Below, in pieces: positions 10,722 to 20,831 of a stretch of DNA of 64,000 nt; positions within the stretch are counted from its first letter, which is position 1, and every line of letters begins with the position of its first letter. Under the pieces are notes generated by a model that was not told the DNA's origin, did no database searches, and worked only from the letters and a program-made list of their open reading frames with translations. The translations under genes and the position numbers were made by a program. Source of the stretch: Candidatus Omnitrophota bacterium (GTDB lineage Bacteria > Omnitrophota > Gorgyraeia > Duberdicusellales > 4484-171); contig JBAZGN010000002.1 of assembly GCA_041652815.1 (NCBI GenBank), positions 366,261 through 430,260 on the forward strand. The letters are read 5' to 3'.

Positions 10722-10808
10722 AAACGCGAATTTCCACGAATTTGGAACGAATTAACACGAATAAATTCGTGGTAATTCGTCTTGTATCCGTGGTAATTCG
10801 TGTCTAGC
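10722..10808. repeat. Hairpin element built from cacgaatt/aattcgtg words
   Basis: Four cgaat words on the left arm, three attcg words on the right. Confidence 0.75.
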
Positions 10809-10848
10809 ATTGCAATTAAAAATTTTCCTGCTATAATTCTACTTCATT

Positions 10849-12270
10849 ATGATGGACAGATTAGAGCAATATCTTTTAGACGCGCAAGGCAAGGAGAAAG
10901 AGGAAATTTCCTCAAACAATCCTTATGGAAAGATAGGGTTTGATAGCGGTAAAAAACGCCTTGGTTGGGTAAGAGTTACGCCTTTTAATTTAATAAAAGA
11001 TTCCTTATTGAGCATCTCACCGCTTTTAAAAGGAAAAGAGAACTTCATTTTTGTGGGCATGGGAGGCTCAATCAATGGGATTAAAACACTTTTTTTCCTT
11101 TTTAAAAGGCATAAACTTTTCACTCTGGACAGCCTGGATCCCGCTGCAACAGAAGCTATACTTAAGAAAATCAAAAATATAGATAAAACTCTCGTTATTT
11201 CTATTTCAAAATCAGGTACAACCCAGGAAACGCAGCTTTTGTCTTTAGCCTTGCGGGAGAGTTTCGGCAGCAATTGGTCGAAACACTTTTTGTGGCTGGC
11301 TGACCCGTCAGCTTTTGAAAAACTTGAAACTCTTGGCTGGAAAGGAGCCCAAATGCGGCCTATCCAGTTTGACGCGCAAGCTGATGTGGGTGGAAGATTT
11401 TCTTGTCCGCACACGCTTATATTTTTTCTTCCTTTATTTCTGCTTTTGAAACAAGATATAGGTAAACTTAAACAGGTTTACGATATTTATTTATCTTCCC
11501 AGGCGCTGGCGCGGCACCAAGCTTATTTATTTGCCGAAAAATATAAGGATAAGGAACCGGCGTATTTTTTTCCGCAAGTAAAGGGTAACCTTGGCGAAAG
11601 TTTTTCTTCATGGATTGTGCAGCTTTTTCAGGAATCACTGGGCTCTAAGAAAGAAAACTTTAGCGTAAAAACAACAGGATTACTTAAGGTGAAGAATAGT
11701 TTGTTTCTCCCCATTAAGCTTAAAGCTAAAATTAATAATCCCGTAGCGTCCCTTATGAGCCAAATGTATTTTTTTCAGGCATTTGTAGCATTCTATAGCG
11801 CTTTTAAAGATATAAATTTTGTCGATCAGGAATTTGTCGAAAAATATAAAGACGCAATGCGAAAAATCGAAGGAAGTAAAACTGATGACATAAATTTATT
11901 AGATTTAGCGCAAATTATTAAGGAAGTTAAAGGTAAAATCTCTACAAAACAAAAATTCATCGAAGTAGTGCTTTATTTTTATCCTTCCAAGGAAATAATC
12001 GCAAAGGTAAGGCAGGCGATGAGTAGGGCATTTAGCGATAGGATGGTTTTTGTGTTTGTCGGCAGCGACTGGAACCATCATTCTTATCAGGCGGCTTTTG
12101 CGGATAAAAATACATTTTATGTATTTTTGCTTGCTTCAAGCTATCTAAACTTCGTAGAAGGTATCTCGCAGGCTACACTTGTTAAAAATATCGAGAAACT
12201 GAAAATCATAAGCAAAGCTACCCACCTTACGTTAGAGGATAAATCTCTTCTTTTTAGATTTAGCCGATAA
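10849..12270 (+). CDS. Glucose-6-phosphate isomerase-like (SIS/PGI superfamily) protein
   Basis: FVGMGGS.NG motif resembles the PGI IGIGGS motif. Divergent. Confidence 0.4.
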   Translation: MMDRLEQYLLDAQGKEKEEISSNNPYGKIGFDSGKKRLGWVRVTPFNLIKDSLLSISPLLKGKENFIFVGMGGSINGIKTLFFLFKRHKLFTLDSLDPAATEAILKKIKNIDKTLVISISKSGTTQETQLLSLALRESFGSNWSKHFLWLADPSAFEKLETLGWKGAQMRPIQFDAQADVGGRFSCPHTLIFFLPLFLLLKQDIGKLKQVYDIYLSSQALARHQAYLFAEKYKDKEPAYFFPQVKGNLGESFSSWIVQLFQESLGSKKENFSVKTTGLLKVKNSLFLPIKLKAKINNPVASLMSQMYFFQAFVAFYSAFKDINFVDQEFVEKYKDAMRKIEGSKTDDINLLDLAQIIKEVKGKISTKQKFIEVVLYFYPSKEIIAKVRQAMSRAFSDRMVFVFVGSDWNHHSYQAAFADKNTFYVFLLASSYLNFVEGISQATLVKNIEKLKIISKATHLTLEDKSLLFRFSR

Positions 12271-12525
12271 TATTTAGCCATACTTACTCATTTAGGTTAC
12301 TATAGGCTAATCCATCTCTAAACAGCTATTATAAGAATCAAAATACAAATTGAGAGCGTTGAAAAACCTTTTCAACGCTCTCATCCCGAGCGTCCGCGAG
12401 GGATCTCAAAATGAATTCTCTATATAATTTTAAGATCCTTTACTTCGTTCAGGATGAGACCGTTGACTCTTTTAACGGTCTCAAATTAGTTCTACTTTAC
12501 TTGTTGGGATGATGCAGCTTTAGCT

Positions 12526-13602
12526 GTGGTTAATTTTTTTGCTTTTTACGTAATGAATGATATAATTTTTGCTATGAGAAGATTATGTTTTTTGCTTATA
12601 ATTTTATTTTTTACAGCCTGCGCTACAACTTCCAGTCGGCAGGCTGGTATGGGGTATAGGCAGTCAGATTTTATATATATAGGTGATTTTTGTAAGAAAC
12701 ACAACCTGCAATATGATTTTGACACTCTGGATGATGTCATAAAAATTTCCTCAAGCGGAAAAGATATACGGTTAATTTTAAATTCAAATATAGTTTATTT
12801 TAATGGCTCAACTTTTTCACTTTCCGATGCGCCGCAATATTCAAACGGGAAGCTCTTTGTGCCGCAAGGCCTTGAAAAAACAATTTTTTCTAAAGAGCCG
12901 GTATTTTCTGGGTCAATTTTCACCATAAAAACAGTTGTTATTGACCCCGGCCACGGAGGAAAAGACCCGGGAGCCCTGTCTTGCCGGGGCATGCGGGAGA
13001 AGGATTTAAATCTAAAAATAGCAAAATATCTTAAAGAAGAATTGGAAGATCGCGGGATTAAAGTTATACTCACACGAGACAGGGATATTTATATTTCCTT
13101 GCAGGGAAGAGTGAATGTGGCAAAGCGCCACAATGCGGATATTTTTATAAGTATTCATGGCAATTCCAATCGTTCGAAGCGCTTAAAGGGCGCAGAGGTA
13201 TATTATCTTGCGCCAAATCGCTTCAATAGCCAGGAGCGCGCTCTGAAATTGGCTAAGGAAGAAAACTTTCGCTTAAAGAGGGTTAATCCGGACACAGAAG
13301 CAATTCTCTGGGATTTATTGCTTACTCAAAATTATGTATTATCAGTTGAGCTGTCGCGCTCACTTTATTTTTCTTTCAGAGACTTAGGGTTTTCAATGCG
13401 CCCTCCTAAAAAGGCGCCTTTTTATGTTTTACGGCTTGCCTATGTTCCTTCAGTGTTGGTTGAAACCGGTTATTTAAGCAATCGTTATGAAGAAAAATGG
13501 CTCAGGAAGGAGTCTTATCAAAGGCAAATCGCAGAAGCAATTGCCTTGGCAATAGTTTCTATGAATAAACAGTATAATAATTTTGCAAGCAAAAGTAAGT
13601 AA
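12526..13602 (+). CDS. N-acetylmuramoyl-L-alanine amidase (Amidase_3)
   Basis: IDPGHGGKDPGA motif. The likely true start is the internal Met at ~12574, which has a lipoprotein-like signal. Confidence 0.85.
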   Translation: MVNFFAFYVMNDIIFAMRRLCFLLIILFFTACATTSSRQAGMGYRQSDFIYIGDFCKKHNLQYDFDTLDDVIKISSSGKDIRLILNSNIVYFNGSTFSLSDAPQYSNGKLFVPQGLEKTIFSKEPVFSGSIFTIKTVVIDPGHGGKDPGALSCRGMREKDLNLKIAKYLKEELEDRGIKVILTRDRDIYISLQGRVNVAKRHNADIFISIHGNSNRSKRLKGAEVYYLAPNRFNSQERALKLAKEENFRLKRVNPDTEAILWDLLLTQNYVLSVELSRSLYFSFRDLGFSMRPPKKAPFYVLRLAYVPSVLVETGYLSNRYEEKWLRKESYQRQIAEAIALAIVSMNKQYNNFASKSK

Positions 13603-13617
13603 AGATAGGATAAAACT

Positions 13618-14421
13618 ATGGAAAACAAGGCGATAGGTATTTTTGATTCAGGAGTTGGAGGGCTAACTGTTCTTAAGGAAGTAGAAAGATTATTGCCGAA
13701 TGAGGATATAATTTATTTCGGAGATACAGCGAGAGTCCCATATGGCAATAAATCAAAATCTACTATAATAAAATTCAGCACCGAAAATATCCTTTTCCTA
13801 TTAAAGAAGAAAGTGAAAATCATCGTAATTGCCTGCAATACAGCGTCAAGCCTTGCGTTAGATTCTTTGAAAGATATTTTTAGTGTCCCCCTTATTGGCG
13901 TTGTTGAAGCAGGGGCAGCCAAGGCGCTTAAAGTATCTAAAAACAGGAAAATCGCGGTTGTAGGGACACGTTCAACCATAAACAGCAAAAGTTATGAAAA
14001 GGCTATTCTAAAAAATGACAAAACAGCAAAAATTTATTCAAAGGCTTGCCCTTTATTTGTGCCGTTAGTTGAAGAGGGGATTTTGGAAGGGGTAATTGCA
14101 AAAAGCATTATTGAGATGTATTTGAAAAGCTTTAAGAGTGCCCATACAGACGTAATTATCTTAGGCTGCACGCATTACCCGCTTTTAAAAAGGCAAATCG
14201 CGGCCTACTTAAAGGGGGTTTATATTGTTGATTCAGCAACAGAAGTAGCCTTGCATGCTAGGGGAGTGCTTATGCAGCACAATCTACTGCGCAGCAAAAA
14301 TAATAAAACCGGAAAAAGAGAATTTTACGTTACCGACGAGCCAAAAGCTTTTATGAGGCATGCCGGATTATTTTTAAAAAGAAAGATACCATTGCCTAAA
14401 GTTATAAATAATTTGCAATAA
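13618..14421 (+). CDS. murI: Glutamate racemase
   Basis: IGIFDSGVGGLTV and VIACNTAS motifs. Confidence 0.92.
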   Translation: MENKAIGIFDSGVGGLTVLKEVERLLPNEDIIYFGDTARVPYGNKSKSTIIKFSTENILFLLKKKVKIIVIACNTASSLALDSLKDIFSVPLIGVVEAGAAKALKVSKNRKIAVVGTRSTINSKSYEKAILKNDKTAKIYSKACPLFVPLVEEGILEGVIAKSIIEMYLKSFKSAHTDVIILGCTHYPLLKRQIAAYLKGVYIVDSATEVALHARGVLMQHNLLRSKNNKTGKREFYVTDEPKAFMRHAGLFLKRKIPLPKVINNLQ

Positions 14422-14424
14422 GCT

Positions 14425-14793
14425 ATGTATAAAATAAAAATAAATTCAAATTTTAGCGCTGCTCACTTTTTGCGCGGTTACCAGGGTAAATGTGAAAATC
14501 TGCATGGCCACAATTGGAAAGTTGAGGTCGTAGTTGTATCAAAAGTGCTTGGCACATCCGGAATGGTTATGGACTTTAGCGAGTTAAAGAAGGCTACCTC
14601 TGCTATATTAGAGGAACTGGATCATAAACACCTAAATGAATTGCCCTATTTTGCCGATATTAATCCTAGCTCCGAAAATATCGCCTGCCACATATTCAAC
14701 AAACTAAAAGAAGGGCTTAAAGGGAAAGACTGTAAACTGGAAGAAATAAGCGTATGGGAAACCGACGCTTCTTGCGCTTCGTATAAAGAATAA
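14425..14793 (+). CDS. queD: 6-carboxy-5,6,7,8-tetrahydropterin synthase
   Basis: C.NLHGHNWKVEV motif. Confidence 0.88.
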   Translation: MYKIKINSNFSAAHFLRGYQGKCENLHGHNWKVEVVVVSKVLGTSGMVMDFSELKKATSAILEELDHKHLNELPYFADINPSSENIACHIFNKLKEGLKGKDCKLEEISVWETDASCASYKE

Positions 14794-14842
14794 TAGCTTT
14801 GCCAAATAAACAATAAATTCTTATATATCCAAAACATATAAA

Positions 14843-15217
14843 ATGATATGTCCGAAATGCCACAAAAAAATTAACCCATTCTTGATTCTTCCTCGCCATT
14901 GGTACGGCACTATTTACCCTATTTACTTTTTTACTAAATTTCGTTGTTATCATTGTCAAACAGGGTTAAAGCCAGACATTCGTAAACATAAGTGCCTGGC
15001 TATCATATATAACCTTGCATTTTATTTCATATTCGTAACAGCAGGAATGGTAATATGGAAAAAGTATTTTTATGGTAATTCTATCGGATTGTTAGTAGTA
15101 GGATCTTTTTTGATTATATTATTATATTTTTTGGACATAAAGTTATTAGGTAGCAAACTGGCTTTGTTTTATTGTGAGGCATATTTAGATGATAAAGAAT
15201 TCGCTGCCAGGCAATAG
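14843..15217 (+). CDS. Hypothetical zinc-ribbon membrane protein
   Basis: CPKC...CYHC pairs plus TM helices. Sits between queD and queC. Confidence 0.4.
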   Translation: MICPKCHKKINPFLILPRHWYGTIYPIYFFTKFRCYHCQTGLKPDIRKHKCLAIIYNLAFYFIFVTAGMVIWKKYFYGNSIGLLVVGSFLIILLYFLDIKLLGSKLALFYCEAYLDDKEFAARQ

Positions 15218-15221
15218 TTTT

Positions 15222-15872
15222 ATGACTGGAGCAGTTATTTTACTTTCTGGTGGTCTTGATTCGGCAGTTACCTTATATTATGCGAAAAATAGAGGCTATA
15301 AACTAACTGCTCTTATCTTTGATTATAACCAGCGGCATAAGAAAGAAATGGATTCTGCCGTGCGAATTGCGCGGTTGAATAATCTAAAGTTTTATGTTAT
15401 AAAAATAGAGTTGGATTGGGCAAAATCAAGCCTTACTGATAAAAGAATAAAAGTTCCCATAAACCGCAGCATAGAAAGCAAAGGCATCCCGCTTACGTAT
15501 GTTTCTGGAAGAAATATAATTTTTTTAAGCTATGCCGCATCTCTCGCAGAAAGTATCGGTGCAAAATCAATATTTATCGGAGCGCATATCCAGGATTATT
15601 CCGGTTATCCCGATTGCCGGCCGCAATTTCTAAAAGGTTTTGAGAAAACTTTAGGCGAAGGTTTAAAAAATAAAGGCATAAAAATTGTTGCCCCGTTACT
15701 TAATAAGAATAAAAAAGAAATAATTCAGTTGGGGTTAAAATTGAAAGTTCCATTTGAATATACTTGGTCGTGCTATAATGGTAACAAGAAGCCTTGCCTA
15801 AAATGTGATAGTTGTAGGTTTAGGATAGGGGCATTTGAGGAGCTGGGGATGAAAGATCCGTTATTGCGATAA
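15222..15872 (+). CDS. queC: 7-cyano-7-deazaguanine synthase
   Basis: AVILLSGGLDS PP-loop and C-terminal Cys cluster. Internal Met start chosen (the ORF opens at 15189). Confidence 0.85.
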   Translation: MTGAVILLSGGLDSAVTLYYAKNRGYKLTALIFDYNQRHKKEMDSAVRIARLNNLKFYVIKIELDWAKSSLTDKRIKVPINRSIESKGIPLTYVSGRNIIFLSYAASLAESIGAKSIFIGAHIQDYSGYPDCRPQFLKGFEKTLGEGLKNKGIKIVAPLLNKNKKEIIQLGLKLKVPFEYTWSCYNGNKKPCLKCDSCRFRIGAFEELGMKDPLLR

Positions 15873-15875
15873 GCT

Positions 15876-15990
15876 GCCTCACGTAACAGGTAGCCTCGCC
15901 ACCATAGAAAGATATTTAGGCGAGTCCACCTGGAGTGGACGTAACACGTTTATTAAATAAGACTTGTTACCTGAAACGTGCTACGTGATA
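15876..15990. repeat. Hairpin element with acgtaacacg/acgtgctacgtgatac words
   Basis: Paralogous to 33375-33545. Confidence 0.65.
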
Positions 15991-16000
15991 CTTAAAACAA

Positions 16001-16672
16001 ATGGATATGAAGGCTAAAATTTCAGAAATTTTTAAAAGTATACAAGGTGAAGGCCTGCATCAGGGGACCGAGCAGATATTTGTCCGTTTCTTCGGCTGTA
16101 ATATGCATTGTTCATTCTGCGATACACGGTTAAACGATTACAGCGAAAAAACAGTTGAAGAGGCATTGAAAGATATTCTTTCTCTCGGCGTTTGCAGTTT
16201 TGTTTCTTTAACCGGAGGAGAGCCGCTCATGCATGCCGATTTTGTAAAAACTTTAGCTAGCCGGTTAAAGGGCGAAGGCAAAACCGTATATCTTGAAACT
16301 AATGGAATTATGTATGAAAATCTGAAAGAAATAATAGGTTTTACTGATATAATAGCAATGGATTTCAAATTACCTTCTTCGACTAATTTGATTAGTTTTT
16401 GGCATGAGCATGAGAATTTTTTGAAGATTGCCAGCGCAAAAGAAGTATTCGTTAAAGCTGTAATCGGCAAAGATACCCAAGTAGATGATATTTTTGAATC
16501 AATAAGAATAATTAAAAGAGTAAATCCGGATGTGCCATTTGTGCTTCAGCCGCAAAATCCTTTCGAAGAGGCTTTAAGGGAAAAACTTATATTTTTTTCC
16601 GATATTTGTCAAAAGGAGCATATAGATGTAAGAACCATGTGCCAGCTTCACAAAATATTGGGTGTTAAATGA
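16001..16672 (+). CDS. queE: 7-carboxy-7-deazaguanine synthase (radical SAM)
   Basis: SIQGEG and CNMHCSFCDT (CxxxCxxC). Confidence 0.88.
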   Translation: MDMKAKISEIFKSIQGEGLHQGTEQIFVRFFGCNMHCSFCDTRLNDYSEKTVEEALKDILSLGVCSFVSLTGGEPLMHADFVKTLASRLKGEGKTVYLETNGIMYENLKEIIGFTDIIAMDFKLPSSTNLISFWHEHENFLKIASAKEVFVKAVIGKDTQVDDIFESIRIIKRVNPDVPFVLQPQNPFEEALREKLIFFSDICQKEHIDVRTMCQLHKILGVK

Positions 16673-17517
16673 AGAATCCATTAAAGTGCGATATCGAGCT
16701 CTTGGTTAAAGAGGCAAATTTTTCTCTCAGAAGGGACGTTTCGAAGTTATTGAATAGAGCTTATCGTGCTGAAACAAATAAAAAAGCAAAAAAAGCTTTA
16801 AGCTGGATTTTGGGAAACGCGGATATTGCAAAAAAGCAAGATTTGGCAATCTGCCAGGATACCGGCCTGCCAATAATTTTCATTGAGGTAGGTAATAATA
16901 AATCCATATCCTGTGTTTGTGTAAAAAACATAGAACAGGAAGTCTCTTTAGCTTACAGAAAGAACTATTTACGCCCTTTTTCGGTTTCGCCGCTTTGTAG
17001 AATTACCCCTTCTTATAAAGGTGTAATCACTCATGTTGATTTTAATCCGGCTAAAAGAGGTATCAAGGTAACTGTTTTTCCGAAAGGTTTCGGCAGTGAG
17101 AATAAATCACAGCTTAAAATGTTTAACCCTACCGTCGAGGTGACGGAAATTGAAGATTTTATTGTTGAAAGTGTGGCGAAAGCCGGCCCCGAAGCTTGCC
17201 CTCCCTTTATTGTGGGAGTTGGAATAGGCGGAACTTCTGATGAGGCATTGCTTTTGGCTAAAAAAGCGCTTCTTGCGGGGATAGATCTTCCAAATAAAGA
17301 TAGATTACTGAATAACCTTGAGAAAAGGCTGCTTAAAAAGATAAATGCTTTAGGCATAGGGCCAATGGGGTTAGGCGGAACGCATACAGCTTTAGCAGTA
17401 AAAATAAAAACTGTGCCTACGCATATCGCCGGGCTTCCGGTAGCAATAAATATAAGTTGTCATGCTCTTCGCAGTGCAAGTTGCGAACTAAAAAATATTA
17501 CGGCAAATGAAAGATAA
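16669..17517 (+). CDS. Fe-S hydro-lyase (class I fumarate/tartrate dehydratase) alpha subunit
   Basis: CQDTGLPIIF motif. Confidence 0.85.
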   Translation: MKNPLKCDIELLVKEANFSLRRDVSKLLNRAYRAETNKKAKKALSWILGNADIAKKQDLAICQDTGLPIIFIEVGNNKSISCVCVKNIEQEVSLAYRKNYLRPFSVSPLCRITPSYKGVITHVDFNPAKRGIKVTVFPKGFGSENKSQLKMFNPTVEVTEIEDFIVESVAKAGPEACPPFIVGVGIGGTSDEALLLAKKALLAGIDLPNKDRLLNNLEKRLLKKINALGIGPMGLGGTHTALAVKIKTVPTHIAGLPVAINISCHALRSASCELKNITANER

Positions 17518-18004
17518 GTGGTTGCTTACGATAAGAATAGTTACGGCGTTTGTGATTGTGGTTAATCTGCTGCTTTTGTTGCCGATAAGCCGTGGGGCGC
17601 TTTTGCACATGGATGATATTGTGCGTTTTTCGTTACTGAAAAGCTTGATAATTTCTCCTTTAGGTTTTTACCAGGACCTTGCATTTATGCCTTACCAATT
17701 ATTTTTTTCATTTATAGTTTCAACTATAATACTTTGCGTATTCATTTTAATGTCAAAGAATATTGCCAGAATAATGTTTATTCTTTTTCAATGCGCAATT
17801 ATTTTGTTCGGGCTTGTTATTATGGCATTATTTTTTGTTATCAGCAGGCAAAGCAGAATGTATTGGATTTTTGATACTTTTATCCGTATCTGCCTTTTTC
17901 CGGCTATCTATTGCGTGTTTTTTTCATTGCCAAAAGTAAGAGAACAATTTAAGGGAAATAAGCCCTTTGATTCCCTTGCATTGCATCGCGGTCGCTCAGG
18001 ATGA
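17507..18004 (+). CDS. Hypothetical polytopic membrane protein
   Basis: Hydrophobic ORF only. Confidence 0.4.
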   Translation: MKDKWLLTIRIVTAFVIVVNLLLLLPISRGALLHMDDIVRFSLLKSLIISPLGFYQDLAFMPYQLFFSFIVSTIILCVFILMSKNIARIMFILFQCAIILFGLVIMALFFVISRQSRMYWIFDTFIRICLFPAIYCVFFSLPKVREQFKGNKPFDSLALHRGRSG

Positions 18005-18190
18005 AATTACAAAAAATACGGAACACCAAACTGGCAAGTCCATGTTGCCTAAAATATATCTACCTTAGGACTTGCTAATATAGTGACATCCGCCGACTTG
18101 TCCTCCGAAGCTTTAGCGTAGGAGGAAGCCCATCATGGCTATTGCTCTTCTAACAAAGAGCGAAGGCGGATAAACCTACGGAGGCATTTT

Positions 18191-18745
18191 ATGAAAGCAT
18201 CAGGGTTGAGGAAAGGTTCGGTTATTAATGATAAGGGTGAACTTTGTATAGTTGTGGATATGGACCATAGAACCCCGGGCAATTACCGGGCGTGCTATCA
18301 GGTTTATTTAAAGAACCTAAAGGACGGCCGCGTTGTAAAGCAGCGTTACAATCCCGATGATGAAGTTGAAGAGGTAAGGCTTGAGGCTCAAAAGGCGCAA
18401 TACTTGTATCATGATAATAGCGGATTCCATTTTATGGATATGGAAACTTACGATACAATTATATTAAACGAAGAAATTGTAGGTGATGCCAAGAATTACA
18501 TTAAGGAAAACTCAGAAGTAACATTCTTATGCCACAACAAGAAAGCTGTTTCGCTAGATTTACCGCCGAGAGTTGACCTTCGTGTGGTGGAGGCGCCGAT
18601 AGGCTTAAGAGGAGATACAGAAGGCACAGCCAGAAAACAGATTACTCTTGAAACCGGTTTTAAGCTCAATGCCCCGCTTTTTATCAAGGAAGGAGACATT
18701 GTGCGTATAGACACGGCAACTGGCGAATACGTAGGGAGAGCTTGA
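18191..18745 (+). CDS. efp: Elongation factor P
   Basis: EF-P length and KPGKG-region architecture. Confidence 0.88.
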   Translation: MKASGLRKGSVINDKGELCIVVDMDHRTPGNYRACYQVYLKNLKDGRVVKQRYNPDDEVEEVRLEAQKAQYLYHDNSGFHFMDMETYDTIILNEEIVGDAKNYIKENSEVTFLCHNKKAVSLDLPPRVDLRVVEAPIGLRGDTEGTARKQITLETGFKLNAPLFIKEGDIVRIDTATGEYVGRA

Positions 18746-18747
18746 TG

Positions 18748-18848
18748 AAGGTTACGAATGTTACGAAAGTTACGCAGGTTACGAAGGTTACAATAAACCA
18801 CGAGGTTTTAAATGTAACTTTCGTAACTTCCCGTAACCTTCGTAACCT
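18748..18848. repeat. Hairpin element built from gttacgaa/ttcgtaac words
   Basis: Related copy at 41617-41764. Confidence 0.8.
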
Positions 18849-18870
18849 AAAGTTGATATAGCTATAACAA

Positions 18871-19401
18871 ATGAAAGTTCATAAGGAAGCAGAAATGAAT
18901 GCTCTGAGGATGCTTAAGGCGGGAGAAGAAATATTGTTCTCTGGTTATGTCTATACCGCAAGAGACCAGGCGCATAAAAAAATTGTAGATTTGATAAAAA
19001 AAGGTAAAAAGCTCCCGTTAGATTTAAAAGGCCAAATCATATACTATTGCGGCCCGACTGAAACGCCAAAGGGTAAAATCATCGGTTCCTGCGGGCCTAC
19101 CACATCCAGCCGAATGGATGAGTTTGTCGATTTATTTTTAAAGAAAGGGCTTGTGGGAATGATAGGAAAGGGAGCCAGGTCAAATAAAGTACGAGAATTG
19201 ATAAAAAAATATAAATGCGTTTATTTTATTGCGCCAGCAGGTTGTGGCGCGCTTTTAGCCCAAAAAGTTTTGTCTAAAAAATTAGTATGCTTTAAGGCTC
19301 TTGGCCCGGAAGGAGTTTATAAACTTAAGGTAATTGATTTTCCTTTAATTGTTGCTATAGATTCCAGGGGAAATAATATATATCAACGTTTACCCCGTTA
19401 G
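18871..19401 (+). CDS. Fe-S hydro-lyase (class I fumarate/tartrate dehydratase) beta subunit
   Basis: TtdB/FumB C-terminal-domain-like: YYCGPT...GSCGPTTSSRMD. Confidence 0.8.
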   Translation: MKVHKEAEMNALRMLKAGEEILFSGYVYTARDQAHKKIVDLIKKGKKLPLDLKGQIIYYCGPTETPKGKIIGSCGPTTSSRMDEFVDLFLKKGLVGMIGKGARSNKVRELIKKYKCVYFIAPAGCGALLAQKVLSKKLVCFKALGPEGVYKLKVIDFPLIVAIDSRGNNIYQRLPR

Positions 19402-19438
19402 GAAACTAAGTTCTCTAACGGGATTTACAGAAGTAACT

Positions 19439-19996
19439 ATGCTTTCAACTCTTTTCTTTAATGTTATAAAGCCGGTATTAAACTTCGGTTTTTTTGCTAT
19501 ATTCTTTTTGATTCTTAGTTTTGTCTGTATAAATTTTTACTTGTCTTCAAAAAGCAAAAAAAGAAAAATCCCGTTTGCGATCATATTTATATCCGGCCTC
19601 AATGTTTCTGTCGGTATAGCCGGATTGATAGTTATGTTTTTCGTCAAGGAAACTAAATCTTTTGTCTATGATTTTCTTCTAAAAGCGGGCGTATTTTTAT
19701 TCGCGGCTGTAAATATATTTCTTGGGATAATTTTGGTAAAACTTAAACCTTACGCGAAGGTATTGATACTATGGATTTTAGCTATTTTTGCAATTTTCGA
19801 TATAGTTTTTACACTTACTACCGAGCATTCTAAATATATTTTTGGTTTTATAGGCTTTTACGCGGTAGTATTTACCATGTATTATTCCGGGCTGAACGAA
19901 AAATATTTTAAGAGCGGAGATGAAGGTTTCTCTTTGCGTAGCGATGCAGCTATTAAGAAAGAGCGTTCTACGATTACGGATTTTTTTAAAGAATAA
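19439..19996 (+). CDS. Hypothetical membrane protein
   Basis: Hydrophobic ORF only. Confidence 0.4.
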   Translation: MLSTLFFNVIKPVLNFGFFAIFFLILSFVCINFYLSSKSKKRKIPFAIIFISGLNVSVGIAGLIVMFFVKETKSFVYDFLLKAGVFLFAAVNIFLGIILVKLKPYAKVLILWILAIFAIFDIVFTLTTEHSKYIFGFIGFYAVVFTMYYSGLNEKYFKSGDEGFSLRSDAAIKKERSTITDFFKE

Positions 19997-20089
19997 CTTT
20001 GGGGAAAGCTATATTTACCCCTTGCGTCTAGATACCAGGGGCTGCGGGGTTAATTTTCCGCCGTAGGCGGAAAATTAAGGAGGAAATAT

Positions 20090-20812
20090 ATGAAAAGAAT
20101 TGACAACAGGGCTTTTGAGGAACTTAGAAAAATCAATATCGAAAGAGATTATATAAAATACGCGGACGGCTCATGCCTTATTGAAGTGGGCAATACCCGC
20201 GTAATCTGCACGGCTACAGTTGACAGAAATGTCCCTTTATTTTTGCGTAACTCAGGCACAGGCTGGGTAACTTCGGAATACGGTATGCTTCCGCGCTCAA
20301 CGCAGATACGTATACCAAGAGATAAAAATTCAGGAAGAACCATGGAGATACAGCGGCTAATCGGGCGGTCACTGCGAAGCGTAGTTGATTTAAGAAATAT
20401 CGGAGAACGTACAATCTATATTGATTGTGATGTCATACAGGCTGATGGCGGAACCCGTGTCGCATCAATCGTTGGAGGATTCTGCGCCCTTACCGATAGT
20501 TTGCATAAGCTTTTTAAGTCAGGGACTATAGCCAAGATGTGCATAACTGATTTTTTAGGCGCGATAAGTGTTGGTATATGGAAAGGCAAATACATCCTTG
20601 ATTTAAACTTTGCCGAAGACTCAGATGCCGAGGTTGACATGAATATTGTTATGAAGTCGTCTGGTGAATTTATCGAATTGCAAGGCACCGGCGAGCATGG
20701 TTCGTTTTCAAAAGACGATTTGAATGCGCTTATTGACCTTGGGAAATCCGGCATAGAAGAGATAATTGATATGGAGAGAAACCTATTTAAAGATATTTTA
20801 CCGAATGTATAA
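20090..20812 (+). CDS. rph: Ribonuclease PH
   Basis: RNase PH core (R.DGR-like, ..ADGGTR). Confidence 0.9.
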   Translation: MKRIDNRAFEELRKINIERDYIKYADGSCLIEVGNTRVICTATVDRNVPLFLRNSGTGWVTSEYGMLPRSTQIRIPRDKNSGRTMEIQRLIGRSLRSVVDLRNIGERTIYIDCDVIQADGGTRVASIVGGFCALTDSLHKLFKSGTIAKMCITDFLGAISVGIWKGKYILDLNFAEDSDAEVDMNIVMKSSGEFIELQGTGEHGSFSKDDLNALIDLGKSGIEEIIDMERNLFKDILPNV

Positions 20813-20831
20813 TTCAAACAGGGGAGAAAAT

